Position numbers and translations under genes: made by a program. This document shows positions 40,460 to 53,897 of a stretch of DNA of 64,000 bases, one piece after another. The notes below the pieces were generated by a model that was not told where the DNA came from, did no database searches, and worked only from the letters and a program-made list of their open reading frames with translations. Position 1 is the first letter of the stretch. Every line of letters starts with the position of its first letter. Source of the stretch: Octopus sinensis (lineage: Eukaryota); NCBI RefSeq assembly GCF_006345805.1, contig NC_042999.1, forward strand, positions 124,062,001 to 124,126,000, given 5' to 3'.

Positions 40460-40809
40460 TAGCATAAAATCTCCAGCAAATATTCTTTGAACTAATTAAT
40501 TTAATTTGACTGCAAGAGATGACATTCTTGGATGTGCAAGTGAACCAATCAGTAGTTAAGAGATTGTAGAAGCTTATTTGACCATCTTCTTTGTTACATA
40601 CTAAAATGTTTCATTGTTGCTTTTTTCAGGTTATCTTTCTTTTGTTTGTTCTTCAGTTGATGTGCTGATTTTAACCTCTTTCATTTCTCTATTTCTAGAC
40701 TTTGTTTTATTGAATGGATCTCAAAGAAAGAAAGGGAAGTTTCTATAACATTTGCAGATCCTTTATGACTGTAAGAATGATGTGATTATTATTCTGTTAA
40801 AACTATTGT

Positions 40810-41465
40810 AAGCCAACTCCTACAGAAATGACATGAGCAGGAACACATCCCAGAGGACCAATGTTCTTATTTTTTTATTGCCCACAAGAGGCTAAACATA
40901 AAGGGGACAAGCAAGGACAGACAAAGGTATTAAGTCGATTACATCGACCCCAATACATAACTGGTACTTAATTTATCGACCCCAAAAGGATGAAAGGCAA
41001 AGTCGACCTCGGCGGAATTTGAACTCAGAACGTAATGGCAGATGAAATACTGCTAAGCATTTCGCCCGGCATGCTAACCGTTCTGCCAGCTCACCACTAA
41101 TGTTCTGATGAGAGAAGATGGGTGTTATGGTTTGTGCAGGGCCTCATGATGCGGGGTACAATATGGAAACAAAATGATTGAGTCAAGAATGCTTAGAGGG
41201 AAATGGTATGAGACCAGCTAGCTCTTGGGAGTAGAGGTCATTTAATTAGTGGTAGAAAAGACTGAGAGGAAACTGCACATATGTGAGCCAGAGGCTGGAG
41301 CATGCCCCTGACATTATGCCAGTCAGCTGAATGGCCTTCTGGATGTGGTCTAGGATGTGTATATATAGCAACAGCACTATCCCAGAGTGGTAATCCATTA
41401 GACTTCACTGAGCTTCTCTGGAGTGCTGGTAGTTGTAGAAGGCTGAAGTATTTTCCGAGGTCCTA
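40810..41465 (-). pseudogene. CR1/Jockey-group LINE ORF2 C-terminal remnant
   Basis: Minus RKYFSLLQL..WDSA..ILDHIQKAIQL..LQPLAH..AVSS..FYH..SQELAGLIP; interrupted by SINE D. Confidence 0.7.
40868..41098 (-). mobile_element. SINE family D with 8-bp TSD
   Basis: Minus head GAGCTGGCAGAA..GAGTTCAAATTCC; TSD AATGTTCT at 40860-67 and 41099-106. Confidence 0.9.
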
Positions 41466-41917
41466 AAACTGACAATTTCATAGACTGAGAATACCAAATC
41501 CTAGAGATGCAGTTCTAGCTAATAGGTTGTGATTTCACCTTGAGAAATTCTTAATGGTAATGATACTATACTAATGCTTTTTCATCTATTAAAAATAATT
41601 TGTTTTTGTTGTAATCCATAGCATTCTTATTTTCTCTTCAGTACTTTCTTAGTACTTTTTATAGTACTTTTTATAGAATTTCTCAATTTGTAAGTCTCTC
41701 CATTTTGGGATAAATGGTAAGTATATTTTATGTAGATCAGGTAGGCATTTCTACATCTTGAAAATTGCTAGATGTACCTTATCTTACAAATCTATGCTTC
41801 TTAGTTTGATTAATTTTGAATTAATTACACAAACCTGCACCTAATTACTAAGATACTAAATGAGTTTCTACTAATTAATGTATATTGGTGTGAATGTGTG
41901 TGTGTGTGCATGTGTGT

Positions 41918-41964
<47 letters not shown>

Positions 41965-43874
41965 CATACATACGTATGTATATATATATAACATATATAT
42001 ATATATGTGTATATATATATATATATACATATGCATATAAGCACACACTCACACCCATATACATTAATTAGCATAAACTCGTATGTATATATTCATTTAA
42101 TTCAGTTTAATAATACTAATCCATTTTGTATTTTGCCCATTGTACTCGTATTTGTTTTTGTTTTGTTTTTTTTTCATTTGTGCATGTTATATATCTATAT
42201 GTGTTTTATTGTTCAAGCTCTATGATTTCTGAATCTTTAACTATTTTGATACTTTTCTGAATTATTTGCTTTTAGACTTTTCCTTTTCTCTGCAACCTGC
42301 ATCAGCTTCTTCAATCTGTAAATCTCGCAATCATTTTCCAGTGGTTGTCTGATTGCTTTACAGAGAATAGAATACTCAAAATGATCTTTCATGTTCCCCT
42401 TCATAGTTTTCTATTTCTCTAGCATTTCTTTCATCTTCTCCAAGATCTAACTTTGATGCTACAGGAATTAAAGACTTTATGATATGGAATTTCTTGGGAA
42501 ATGCTGCTTAATTCATGTCACGAAGCTTCAGGCTTTGTTTGTGGAAACAACTAGATGGTATGGAGGATTAAACCAGATAGCCTTTTTCTTTCTAACTATT
42601 TTCATGATTATGGGTTGATGGGTTGGGTATACATTATGTGCACCAATTTTTAAGTAAAGCCACTCCTCACTAGTACTTCATTATATTAGAGTGCTGCCTT
42701 ATTGAAGACTGCTCTGAGTCAAAGCAACACAAGAGTCACAATAAGACACATTGGACATGATGTAGAGTCATGGTTAGTAGTAACTTTTCTGTAGTAGCAT
42801 GGAAGAGTGGTCAAAGCAGGCTTAGTGAACTAGACCTGTGGTTGGATGGAGTGAGAAGCTGAAAATGCACTTCCAAGTCCAAATAACACCTGAAGGCCAC
42901 TAAATCACACCAGAGCTATGCCTAGTAGAAGATATCAGGACAAAGGGCAAAAGATTAAAGATACAGGAGGAAAAGCTTAGTTTCTTTTGCCAGAGTAAAA
43001 CATGCCTTAGAGCTGAATGCTCAGAACAACTAGGAAGATTAAGTAAAAAGTAGGGAAACTGAAAATAAGGAAGAGCAACAGCAAAAAAGAGCAATGAACT
43101 CCAGTTTCCTGTGCCCCACCACCCAAAACTCTGGGAGTAGCACAGGAAATATCTTTAGGTCTAGTATCACAAACGGATGAGTAAAAACATTGTTCTCTAA
43201 CAGTATCAAATTCAATCTTACACTTTCATTGTGTGACGAGGAAGAACTAACAATTAAAGATGAAAAATTCCAAACACTTGCTGAAAATATAAAGGGAATT
43301 AAGAAGAAAAATAAATGAAAAATTCATAAAACAAAGAAAGCATGTAAGAAGGAATATTTTCTTCCAACCGACAATGAAATCCCTCCTCGGGAAAATAATA
43401 AAGAAAAGAGAGACAATCAGAATGAACTATGTTTCTCAGTCTTTGAAAATCAAACTGTTTATAGACAAAATGACACATTGTTAGTGTCATGGACTTTCTG
43501 AAGAAGTTATAGTAACACAAAAATAGTTAGATTTAGAATATAAACATCATGCAAAAGACAAATTACTAATAAAACTAACAATTGTAGTGAACTTAAAATA
43601 GATTTTCCTCAGGATGTTGATGTTTTTCAACACTACACTATATGTCACACAAAATGCTTATAAAAGCATTTGATTGTACTCAAGCAAAGTGTCAGGAAGC
43701 TGTAACTCAGTTTAGCTAGAAATCTTTCATATTTATTTCTTTAAATTTTATCTTTTTTTAATTATTGTGTAGTATTTGTAAACTCTTCATTTCCATGCAA
43801 ATATGTGTGTGTATATGAGTGTGTGTACATGCATGCGTGTGTATATATACACATACACATGCATGATGATGATG

Positions 43875-43925
<51 letters not shown>

Positions 43926-44526
43926 TAGATAGATAGATAGTTATATATATGAATGTGTGTATGTATGTACGTATTATGTATGTATGTATGTATGTATGTA
44001 TGTACGTATGTGTGTATGTATCTGTGTACCATTTAGATTGTTATTACATCCTTCCACATATTATATAACGTTCCTTATCCACTTTTTTCATAATTTTTAA
44101 ACAATTTTTCCCTCCTACTATACATTATCTTATCTTTCCTTGTAACTCCAAGTATAAGTTTCATATTTTGGGTGTATCACTTTAAACCCTTGTGCCTAAT
44201 AAAAAGATCATCATCATCATCATCATCATCATCATTACTATTATTTTCCTTTTGCCAGTTGTAAAATTAATAACTAAAGACTGATGGTTTCTGTCAATGT
44301 GGGAGTGCAGAATTTTTTGCGCTCATATAATTTTGAATTTCTATGTACTACTTTTCCTTTGAACTCGAAAAAACAGGCAAGCTGTAAAAAAAAATATCAT
44401 TCAAAACAACAAAATATTTATTGCAATCACATTGCACTCTTCATATTGTCTTATAATTATTTTTACTATTATTTTCATATACACTCAACAGATTAGACTT
44501 TTGGAAAAGAAAAGAGTCCAAACATT

Positions 44527-45104
44527 GGTCTACAGCAAGTAGCCTTAGATGCCAAGAACCCTCCTATTAGGTTACAGCAAGTAACTTTAGATGTCAAGAA
44601 CTCTCCTAAGTATCTTAGCTGTCTCTAATAACACTGTTTTCTGGAGCTATACTGAACTGGGTTTTATGCATATTTCCTCTTTCCATCTGTTCAAATCTTT
44701 AGGGATATTCCAAATGCACCTATAACTACTGGGATACATTTTACCCACACTTTCCGTAGTCTCTGTAATTCAATAGCTAGGTCCTAGTACCTTGCTATTT
44801 TTTCTATTCCTCCCATATTTAATTTTTTCATTATTTGAGACTCTAAAGTCAATTATCTGTCACTTTCTATTCTCTTTATCTACCACTACCAAATTAGGCC
44901 TAGCTTCTATTACTCTGTCAGTCTGAATGTTAAAGTCCCACACCTTGTATTTCTTACTAGGTTCATGTTCATTCCATTTATCAGTATGTTCAAATCCTAG
45001 CTTTCTACATAGCTCCCAGTGGATTGCTCTCCCTAGATTGTCATGTCTCTTCTTGTATTCTTTCTGTGCCATTGGAAATATACTTGGTTTTTGTCTATCT
45101 TGGC

Positions 45105-45105
<1 letters not shown>
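44527..45105 (-). pseudogene. R4/Dong-like non-LTR retrotransposon C-terminus (restriction-like endonuclease)
   Basis: YKKRHDNLGRAIHWELC..WDFNIQTDRVIEARPNLVVVDK..IIDF..EKIARY*DLAIELQRL..IPVVIGAFG..ILRRVLDI*; 5' junction abuts (TAA)n; ~42-bp tandem duplication at the 3' end. Confidence 0.85.
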
Positions 45106-45156
<51 letters not shown>

Positions 45157-45178
45157 GTTGTTGTTATTATTATTATTA

Positions 45179-45240
<62 letters not shown>

Positions 45241-45255
45241 TCTTTTATTATTATT
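45106..45255. repeat. (TTA)n microsatellite
   Basis: Directly visible. Confidence 0.95.
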
Positions 45256-45389
45256 GAGTAAGAGAGCAGTGCATGCCATCAAAGTGACACTGGGGTAAAA
45301 TATACGAAGCCCAATATACCCATCATGACAACCCGTCTGATAAGGGTACACCAATCATTGTTATTATTATTCTATTATTATTATCATCA

Positions 45390-45424
<35 letters not shown>

Positions 45425-45466
45425 GAGTGAGAGAGCAGTGCATGCCATCAAAATGACACTGGGGTT
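45255..45466 (-). mobile_element. Two tandem retroelement 3'-tail stubs with (AAT)n tails
   Basis: GAGAGCAGTGCATGCCATCAAA.TGACACTGGGGT occurs at ~45262 and ~45431, each next to (TTA)n. Confidence 0.6.
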
Positions 45467-45559
45467 GAATGAAACACCCATGTTTCCAGGGGTGAATTAT
45501 CCAAACTCCAAAGAATTCCTCTCAAGACATTGCTATGATGCTCTTCCACTACTTCTGCT

Positions 45560-45857
45560 CTCTTAACCACTACGCCATATGCCATAGTGGTTAAGAGCAT
45601 GGACTACTAGTCCCAAGATTCCGAGTTTGATTCCAAGCAGTGACCTGAACAACAACAACAACAACAACAATAATAATAATAATAATAATAATAATATCGA
45701 AAAATACCTTAGGAATGAGAACCCATGTTCTAAATTTCCCAAGACACCTGATGAAGGCTGGAGGGTATATCAGCCGAAACATTGTGTTAACAACAAACAA
45801 GATGAGGACAAATACCCATCAAATGTAAATAATGTAAATAGTGTAAATAATGTCCAT
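45560..45857 (+). mobile_element. tRNA-headed element with (AAC/AAT)n linker and hammerhead-bearing 3' part
   Basis: A box TGCCATAGTGG, B box GAGTTTGATTCC, a short inverted copy of the head at 45560-72, microsatellite, hammerhead, (TGTAAATAA)3-like tail. Confidence 0.75.
45743..45788 (+). ncRNA. Minimal type I hammerhead ribozyme (Penelope-like)
   Basis: Stem I GACAC/GUGUU; CUGAUGA 45748-54; extra A; stem II GGCUG/CAGCC; GAAA 45776-79; stem III reduced to ACAU, probably a CpG-decayed palindromic ACGU. Confidence 0.75.
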
Positions 45858-45881
45858 ATTTATTATTATCACTATTATTAA

Positions 45882-46085
45882 GACAATGAGCTTGTAGAAT
45901 CATTGGCATTCCAGGTGAAATGCTTAGAGGTATTTCTCCTGTCATTTCGTTCTTAGTTCAAATTCTGCCAAGGTCAACTTTACCTTTCATCCTTTTGGAG
46001 TTGATAAATTAATTACCAGTGAAACACTGGGGTTGATGTAACTGACCACCAGATTTCAGGCCTTGTGCCTAAAGCTGAAAGGATT
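45882..46085 (+). mobile_element. SINE family D variant
   Basis: GAGCTTGTAGAATC..TAGTTCAAATTCTGCCAAGGTCAACTTTACCTTTCATCC; homologous to 47812. Confidence 0.75.
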
Positions 46086-47811
46086 ATTATTATTATTAGT
46101 TTATTTTGTTTATACAGGCACATATATGTATATATACAGAAGTATTCAGACATACTATCTCTTGCCTGTGTTCAACAAGCATTGGAGAAAGTTACAAGTG
46201 AGAAAGCATATAAAAGAAAGCTGCTTTGTGGCTAATTATATAACACTGCTATAAAAAAAAATATAAAACAAGACAAAAAAACAACAATAACAATGTCAGG
46301 CATAAACCAATAACCAATAAATTAGATCTTATTTATTGAATCTCAGCAGAAATGAAAGAGAAATATAAATATATCAGCACATAAAAGAAACAAAAAAAAA
46401 AACATAAGCAACCTTTCAAACAAATAGAAACTTTTGTTTCTTTTAGACATCAGAAACTAACCATAAACACAGACGTTCCACTGTCAAGTCACACAAAGGT
46501 AACTCCTGTTATATACTATTACTCACACATACACACACACAAACACCCACACTCACACCCACACATTTGTATATATGTGTGTATGGATAGATAGATGTAG
46601 TTATAGATATATGCATAGATTTCTATTTTTGCATATGGCTGTTTCTATGTTAGATTTTATTCTTTTATTCTCTGTCTTCTTTATTTTATTTCATTTATGC
46701 TTATTTTAAAACATAATGGCCATACAGAAAATATTGGATAGAATTTTTGTAAAATCTAATCAATTTTAAGCAATTCTCCAAATCTAAATATACTAAATTT
46801 TAAAAATTTTGGAACAGATAAGCTATCACCTATTAGATTGTTGGAACACCACTGAAGCTTTTTCTCTGTATGAAATACACTACATATATATAATCTGCAG
46901 ATGGTTTTAAATGGGAAAATTACACAAAACTTTGCAAAGCTGAAATCAGCAAAACTGGATCCAGGTCAGTTAAATATGACCTTTTTTTCTATATTACAAA
47001 AAAAAAAAACCTATTTACCACAAAACTCAAAAATGTTTACACTGAAACCTTCTCCTCATAAAAGACTCAAAACAACATGTAACTCCATTTTTTTCATGTC
47101 CCCTTCCATCTTTCATGTAAGATATGTTGATATATATTATATATGTCAAATTCACCATAAGAATATATATGCTAATATGTTTTCCATTGAACTATATTAT
47201 ACAAAAACATTTATTCTGTGAACACACACCTTTATATTCTTATTTGTAATCATACTATAATGGGCGTAATGTCCACCCATCCGTCTGTACTCACATCACA
47301 GCCAAACGGTTGGGCTGATCAGCATGAAACTTTGTAGGGGTGTTTGGGGGGTTTCTAGGGTGGTTTATATATAGGTTTAGCCCCTCCTTCCACCCCCTAT
47401 TTTCAGTGAAATTTCATCAATTGAGGTAAATTTGGCACCCAGAGATAACTTTGGCAGAAGAAATGGTGTGGCCCATACCCTCCTAAAGGGACATGCTTGA
47501 CCTCCTTCTTCTGCCCCTGCCCTAGTCTCTGTCCTACTACCACCCCCTACCCGTGTAATATGATCAATTGAGGCAAATTTGGCACCAAGAGGTAAGTTTT
47601 GTAAGAGGAATAGAGAGGCCTACCTTCTCCCACAGAGATCAGTCCGACCTCTTCCTCCCCCTGCAATTGCAAGTCAAAGATGATGAGTTACAAAATATTT
47701 CCCTCACAGATAGTGAATGGAACTTAACTTTCACATCATTGAAGCAGTGATAGCAACTGGTCCTCACACTGGCAAACGTCTGTTTATACCTAGGATACCT
47801 CTGATGCTTTT

Positions 47812-48040
47812 GGCAAGCTGGCAGAAACGTTAGCACGCCGGGTGAAATGCTTAATGGTATTTTGTCTGCTGTTATGTTCTGAGTTCAAATTCCACCGAGG
47901 TCAACTTTGCCTTTCATCCTTTCGGATTGACATTGTTATTGTTGTTACGCACTGGGGTCGATGTAATCGACTTAATCCCTTTGTCTGTCCTTGTTTGTCC
48001 CCTCTATGTTTAGCCCCTTCTGGGCAATAAAGAAATAAGA
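47812..48040 (+). mobile_element. SINE family D
   Basis: GGCAAGCTGGCAGAAACGTTAGC..GAGTTCAAATTCC..tail AATAAAGAAATAAGA. Confidence 0.9.
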
Positions 48041-48044
48041 TAAT

Positions 48045-48272
48045 CAGTTTCCATTTCAATTACGATGCAGGCAGTTTCCTATCAAATTAACCTTCTCCCT
48101 TATGGCCAACAAGTCTCAGGGCCAGGCTTTGGATCGCATCAATGTGTTTCTTCCCTCTCCCATGTTCATGCACGGCCATCTGTATGTCCCGATGAGTTGG
48201 GCAATGGATTCAGCTAATTTGAAACTTAGTTGTGGATAAACGGAGAATATTGTTTACAAAGAGGTGTTGTAA
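48045..48272 (+). pseudogene. Helitron RepHel Pif1-family helicase C-terminal fragment
   Basis: QFPFQLRCRQFPIKLTFSLMANKSQGQALDR..PSPMFMHGHLYVPMS..*TENIVYKEVL*, matching RQFP/NKSQG/HGQLYV/NIVYKEVL motifs. Confidence 0.9.
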
Positions 48273-48572
48273 AGATAGCACCATGAATGTGTTACGTAAA
48301 TGTTTACACATATATTGTTCAATAAGGTGCACTACATAATTTGGCACTATCAAATATAATGAATAAAAATAAGTACATTGCAACTTAAATTGTCTCAATT
48401 TGCACCCTGCTCTTGTCACCCATCATAGATGGGTAAGTTTGCTAATACATATAAACATATAGAATAAAACAAGTGTCCACTTATGTTAAATTGTTAAATT
48501 TGTTTTAATTACACAAAATATATATGAATGCAAAAAAGAAATTTTGATTCATTTTCAGCCTTTTCTAAGTAT

Positions 48573-48634
<62 letters not shown>

Positions 48635-48635
48635 A

Positions 48636-48670
48636 CTAGCTGGTGTACCCGGTAATTCCCAGGGGTAAAT
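48636..48670 (-). mobile_element. Probable 3' end of a fourth Helitron (5' end not located)
   Basis: A-CTAG at the edge of (TA)n followed by a GC stem TACCC...GGGTA. Confidence 0.45.
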
Positions 48671-51406
48671 TTTCAGGCTAGAATTTGGGGTCCATGATTG
48701 CTATTATCTATAGGCATGCCATATTAAGAGAGAATATCTTATGAAATTAATGTGGTTGGTGATATCTATAAGATAAAGGTAAGGGTTCAGTAACTTATAA
48801 TCTAGATAAATAAGTAAAAGCCACATTGTGGCTTGTGTAGTAGGTATGAAAGTGCAACAGATATAAAGTTGCAATACATATGAAGATGCAACTCATATGC
48901 TTCTAAAACCAACTATCTAATTGGAAGCATATGGATAATACAAGCTGTAAAATAAAATATAAAGACTAAGATTATTGTAGATTCATTGCAGCATTTTCTA
49001 TAGTATCAAGGTTGGGGACAAGATGACACATTTTCTGGGCATAACAGCAAGGTAACTTTCTCAAAGAAGTCTGAAACAAGCAGAGTTAAATCTCTTACCT
49101 AGAACCTCAACAAAATTCCTGTTAATTCCTCACATTATTTAAGCCAGTAGATCAACAAGTTATCTACCAAATAATTTACCCTTCAGTTTTGCTTATTGGT
49201 TCATTAGTTTACAATATGTATCAACAAGAGCATCATATTATCTGCATTCATTTATTATATAACACTCTATATTCAATCTATTTAGCAGACAGTTTCATAA
49301 GCATATCTATTACATCCTCATAGTTGTTAACCATGGTGTATAAATGTGACTCTTGATATATCTATCTAGGCTCCATTTCAATAAATGAAACAAAGCAATT
49401 TCTAAAAGCTTTAAAGGTGTTACAAAGTTAATGTGTGCTTTCAACAGTATTTATTTAAAACTAGTATTGTGTATAAGAAATGTAAGTATATACACAGACA
49501 GTCTTCAAGGAAAAGGGTAGTCATGCAGATGTTGCATGCTAAGAGGATATAGTTTTGGCTCAATAGATATCAGTGTAACACAGAAATAATTTCTGCCCAT
49601 GATTTCATTACCTCAGGTATCTCTCTGGTGTTTCATACTAAGATAGCCATGATCAGGCCATAAATAATAGCCATTGATGTTTTGAGCTGCAAGACTGGAA
49701 TGCAGGAATCAACTGCTAAGCAGAAACTAAACCTGATTTGTCCAAAAATTTTTCAGAAGAAACCCTGAAAATAGGTAATTTGCATCTATTGAAAACTATG
49801 AATAAGATAAATTATTTTAAAGAAAAGAAACTGTAAAAGAAATAGAGGATATTAATTGTAAGAAAAGATTTAACAGTTAAAATTTATATTTCCTGTAAAT
49901 TCAATTTAAGTTCTGTTTAAAAAATGTATAGCTTACAATAAAAACCAATTTGAGTCTACATAGAAAACAAAATTAGATTCTTTCTGTGAAATAACCAGAT
50001 GGGATAAGAAAGTGTAAGAATTCTTTCTTCCTATGCATATATTACAGCATTCATCTTTCCTACCCAACTTGAAAAGATTTTTTTTTCCCATTTTTTATTA
50101 TGTTGAATTTACCCAAATGAGTTCCCAGTTTTATAAGTGTATGTATACTGACATTACAGTGCTGCACAGTTATAAATTACATCTCTGGAAGGTATGCTAC
50201 ATTAAATCCTGATATATATTCCATCATATTACTTCTTCTCTTTCAAGATATTGATTTTATTCTGTGCCAAGCTGACACCTCTGTCAGCATCAACAACTTG
50301 GTTTCTTTAGAATATTTTCTAGGTCATGGAGGTTACTTGTTATTAGTTGTCTGGAAATGACAGTGAAAATGAAGACTAACTGGCAAATGACTGATTTACT
50401 AGCATCATTAAGAAGACATGTTTGTCCTTTACTTTCTCATGAAGTAGAGATAGAAAATAAAGTGAACAGTGTTAGATGATAATAACAATTTTCTTATTAA
50501 AACCAAAGAAAATTACTTTTGTAAACATTTCAAAACCTTTTAAAATATATTACCAAAACTATTTAATCAGTTCACACCTATTCTTTTACTTTTAAAATAT
50601 CCAAAACATTAAGAAAATAACTTCTTGCCAATCTAGTATTTTCAAAATGTGTATTTCAAAGGAATATGTTGTAAATTTATGCAATTTTAATTTAGACTTT
50701 TCAAATACTATTTTAATTAAATCTGCTTTATTTTTAAAAGTTTAGAAAACAGTTAATTAAAAATAAAAATAAAATGTAGAAAAAAAATATAAACTGTTCA
50801 ATACAATGAGATAGAAAATGTCTATCCTCTCTTAAATCTAGAAGAAAGCCTCTGAAGAAAAATGTTGAAGTGATATAATAGTCTGATCATTTCAATAACT
50901 TCCTTCACCACCAACTGAAGCCGCTTGCATCTTGAATGGATATCACCACAACATGAATAGAAATTTTATTTCTCCCTGTTAAATAGATCAGCAGCTAAAT
51001 TATCAAGATGTGAAGAGCAAAACTTTTTTTTAATTTGATTTTCATTGTAACTTCATTATGTATGTATACGTGTCTATGCATGCAAACACTCAGAAGCATA
51101 CATACACTCATATATATATATATATGCACATACATTTATGTATATACATGTGTGTGTTTTATTATGCACACATACACATATACAACATACACTGGCATAG
51201 GAATAGTATACACACATACAAACACAAATACACCAGTACACATTACTCACTCTCCTACTAAGCTGGAACTTTTTATGTTGTCCAGAGAACATATACCATC
51301 AGAAAAGCTTATATTTCTATAACAAGCTTTTCAAGGTAATGCCATATGGTGCTTACCACTTTGCACACAAACAAAACCTATTAAACATGTGTGTGTACAT
51401 ATATAC

Positions 51407-51494
<88 letters not shown>

Positions 51495-51540
51495 TAGACA
51501 GACAGATAGATAGATAGATAGATAGATAGATATATGTATG

Positions 51541-51571
<31 letters not shown>

Positions 51572-52902
51572 TTATATAATATAATATATACTATATATGT
51601 GTGTGTATATATATATGCATGTTTGTGTGTGTGTAGACTTTGCCTTTTATCCTCTTGGGAGTCAATAAAATAAGAACCAGTTGAACACTGGGGTTGATGT
51701 AATTGACCCCCCCACCAGTTTGCTGGCCTTGTACCAAAATTTGAAGCCAATATTGTATCATTTTATATTATATTACATATATGTCATTAGTGATGTGTTA
51801 CTTCTGGTCACAATTCTTTCCATCGTTTAAGGTGTTACTTAGTTTACTGGACATGGTAGCAGCTGCCTCTGACTAGTGAAACACCTTAACAGTTTTATGC
51901 TTGTGACCATATTAAAACATGTAGACATTATTGCTTTTGAAAGACAAACCAAATAAAGTTGAGGACAGTTTCTTATGAAGTATAACCTCAGTTTTCATTA
52001 AGGATTTTCTCCACTAAGTACAGAAAAGTAAATCCTCATATTCTAATAACTGGAAAGCATCACAGCAGAGCATCAGAGGTGATGGTTGTGGTTCGAAGTC
52101 AGTGGCTGATATACAGTGCTCAATTCAGAGCTTTACTCTTTTCAGTTCAGTTAGGACTTGGGTCAACTTTACACTTCTTTCCTGCAGAATTATTCTTGCA
52201 AAGATTCAATTCACAAAATAAAAGCTTTATGTCTTAAAAATTTAGCTAAAAGAGGTAGCAGTGGCAGTGGTGAGGCTGGATAATTATTGCAACAGTAATG
52301 ATGAGGATAGATAATAATTGTAGTAGTCAAGGTGAGAATCAGAAGTTTTTGCTGCAGTGAGCAGCAGCAGCAACAGCAGCAGCAGCAGTAGAGGTAGTTG
52401 ATTTAGACAAATATGATGTTTCTCTTGGTCATTACCATTACATTAGGATCAAACTAACAAATGCATAAATAAATAAATGAAAACACCTTGAAATTAAAAA
52501 TGTAACTTTCCCTAAATTTTTATTTGAATTTTTAATTTTTAAAAATTATTTTCTTTATTTGCCAAATATATTATTCTTGATGTCAGATTTTTTTATTTTT
52601 ACTTTTATGCTTCTCTTGAAATGACTCAGATGAGCATTTTTGTCAGATCCCATATGAAAATAAAGCACAATAAATGTCTAAATTCACAGCTAGCTAGTTT
52701 ATCCTTATGGCTTTGCTATAAGGATTCACTTAAAATACACAAAATAATAAATAATGAAAACCCTCACCAATAATCATCCAGTTAATTTATCACTAGATTT
52801 GACATTGCTTATACACATCAGCTTTTAATGAATTATTTGTATTTTGACAGTCACAAAATTTATAGATTACTGTCTTTGTTACTTATATATAAATTGTGCA
52901 AG

Positions 52903-52983
52903 GTCTGGCCTGGCTTGGCTTTGCCTGGCCTAGCTTGGCTTGGCTTCACCTGGCCTTGTCTAGCTTGACTTGACTTGGCTTGG
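52903..52983. repeat. Degenerate (TGGCY)n pentamer tandem repeat, ~16 units
   Basis: TGGCC TGGCT TGGCT TTGCC TGGCC TAGCT... Confidence 0.85.
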
Positions 52984-53029
52984 AGAGCTTTTGCAACCTC
53001 AGGTAAGTTAAGATATCTTTTATCTGTTA

Positions 53030-53250
53030 TTTATTACTTGTTTCAGTCATTAGACTGTGGCCATGCTGGGGCACCGTCTTGAAGAATTTCTTTTAGACAA
53101 ATGAATCAATGCCATTACTTTACTTTCTTTTAAGCCTGGCACTTATTCTGTCAGTTTCATTTGTGAAACTGCTAAGTTACAGGTCAGAGACAAACACAGA
53201 CACAAAGACACATACACATACATACATACATACATACATACATACATACA

Positions 53251-53283
<33 letters not shown>

Positions 53284-53866
53284 GCATACATACATACATA
53301 CATACTTATATAGGGTGCAGTGAATAAACTGTCATCCAAATTATGCAAAAATGAAAATAACACTCATTTTAACAGATATATTTACCAAAATTACATAAAA
53401 ATATATTGATGAGAGAGTTGAGGAGGAGGAGTGAGAGAGAGGGGACAGTGAAGAGGAGAGGAGAGGAATAGGGAAGGATGGGAGAGAAAACTAGAAAGGA
53501 TGAAGAACAAGAGAGGGAGAGAGATAGACAGAGAAGAGATAGTAAAAATAGAAGAGTGCACATCGTAATTATTAAGATAAAACTTACTTGGAAAAGGATG
53601 CATGGCATTCGATCATATAATAATATAAATAATGTAAATATATGCATATATATATGCATATATGTACATACCTACATATATATGTATATATACATGCATA
53701 TATGGGTATGGACATAAAAAAAAACGTTGAAGACAACGAGAAGCGAAAACATAAAAGCAAAAACATAGAAACGAGACATACAACATAAAGAATATTCCCC
53801 TTATTCAGTTGTCCCTATGTGTGTGTGCGTGTGTGTGTGTATATATATATATATATATGTATGTAT

Positions 53867-53897
<31 letters not shown>

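Larger units (their letters stand above)
47250..48445 (+). mobile_element. Internally deleted Helitron retaining the helicase C-terminus
   Basis: 5' A|TCATACTATAATG, 3' hairpin ACCCATC-ATA-GATGGGT then CTAA|T; contains a Pif1 fragment and a nested SINE D. Confidence 0.8.

Noticed and set aside
40699-40770. 72-nt segment with good acceptor and GTAAGA donor
   Set aside because: Stop codons in all three frames; unsupported as a coding exon, although a non-coding exon is not excluded.
42600-43260. Possible decayed LINE endonuclease region
   Set aside because: Motif matches were too weak to support a call.
53700-53817. Penelope-like stub with CTGAATAAGGGG on minus
   Set aside because: Only half a degenerate core; too little to call a ribozyme.
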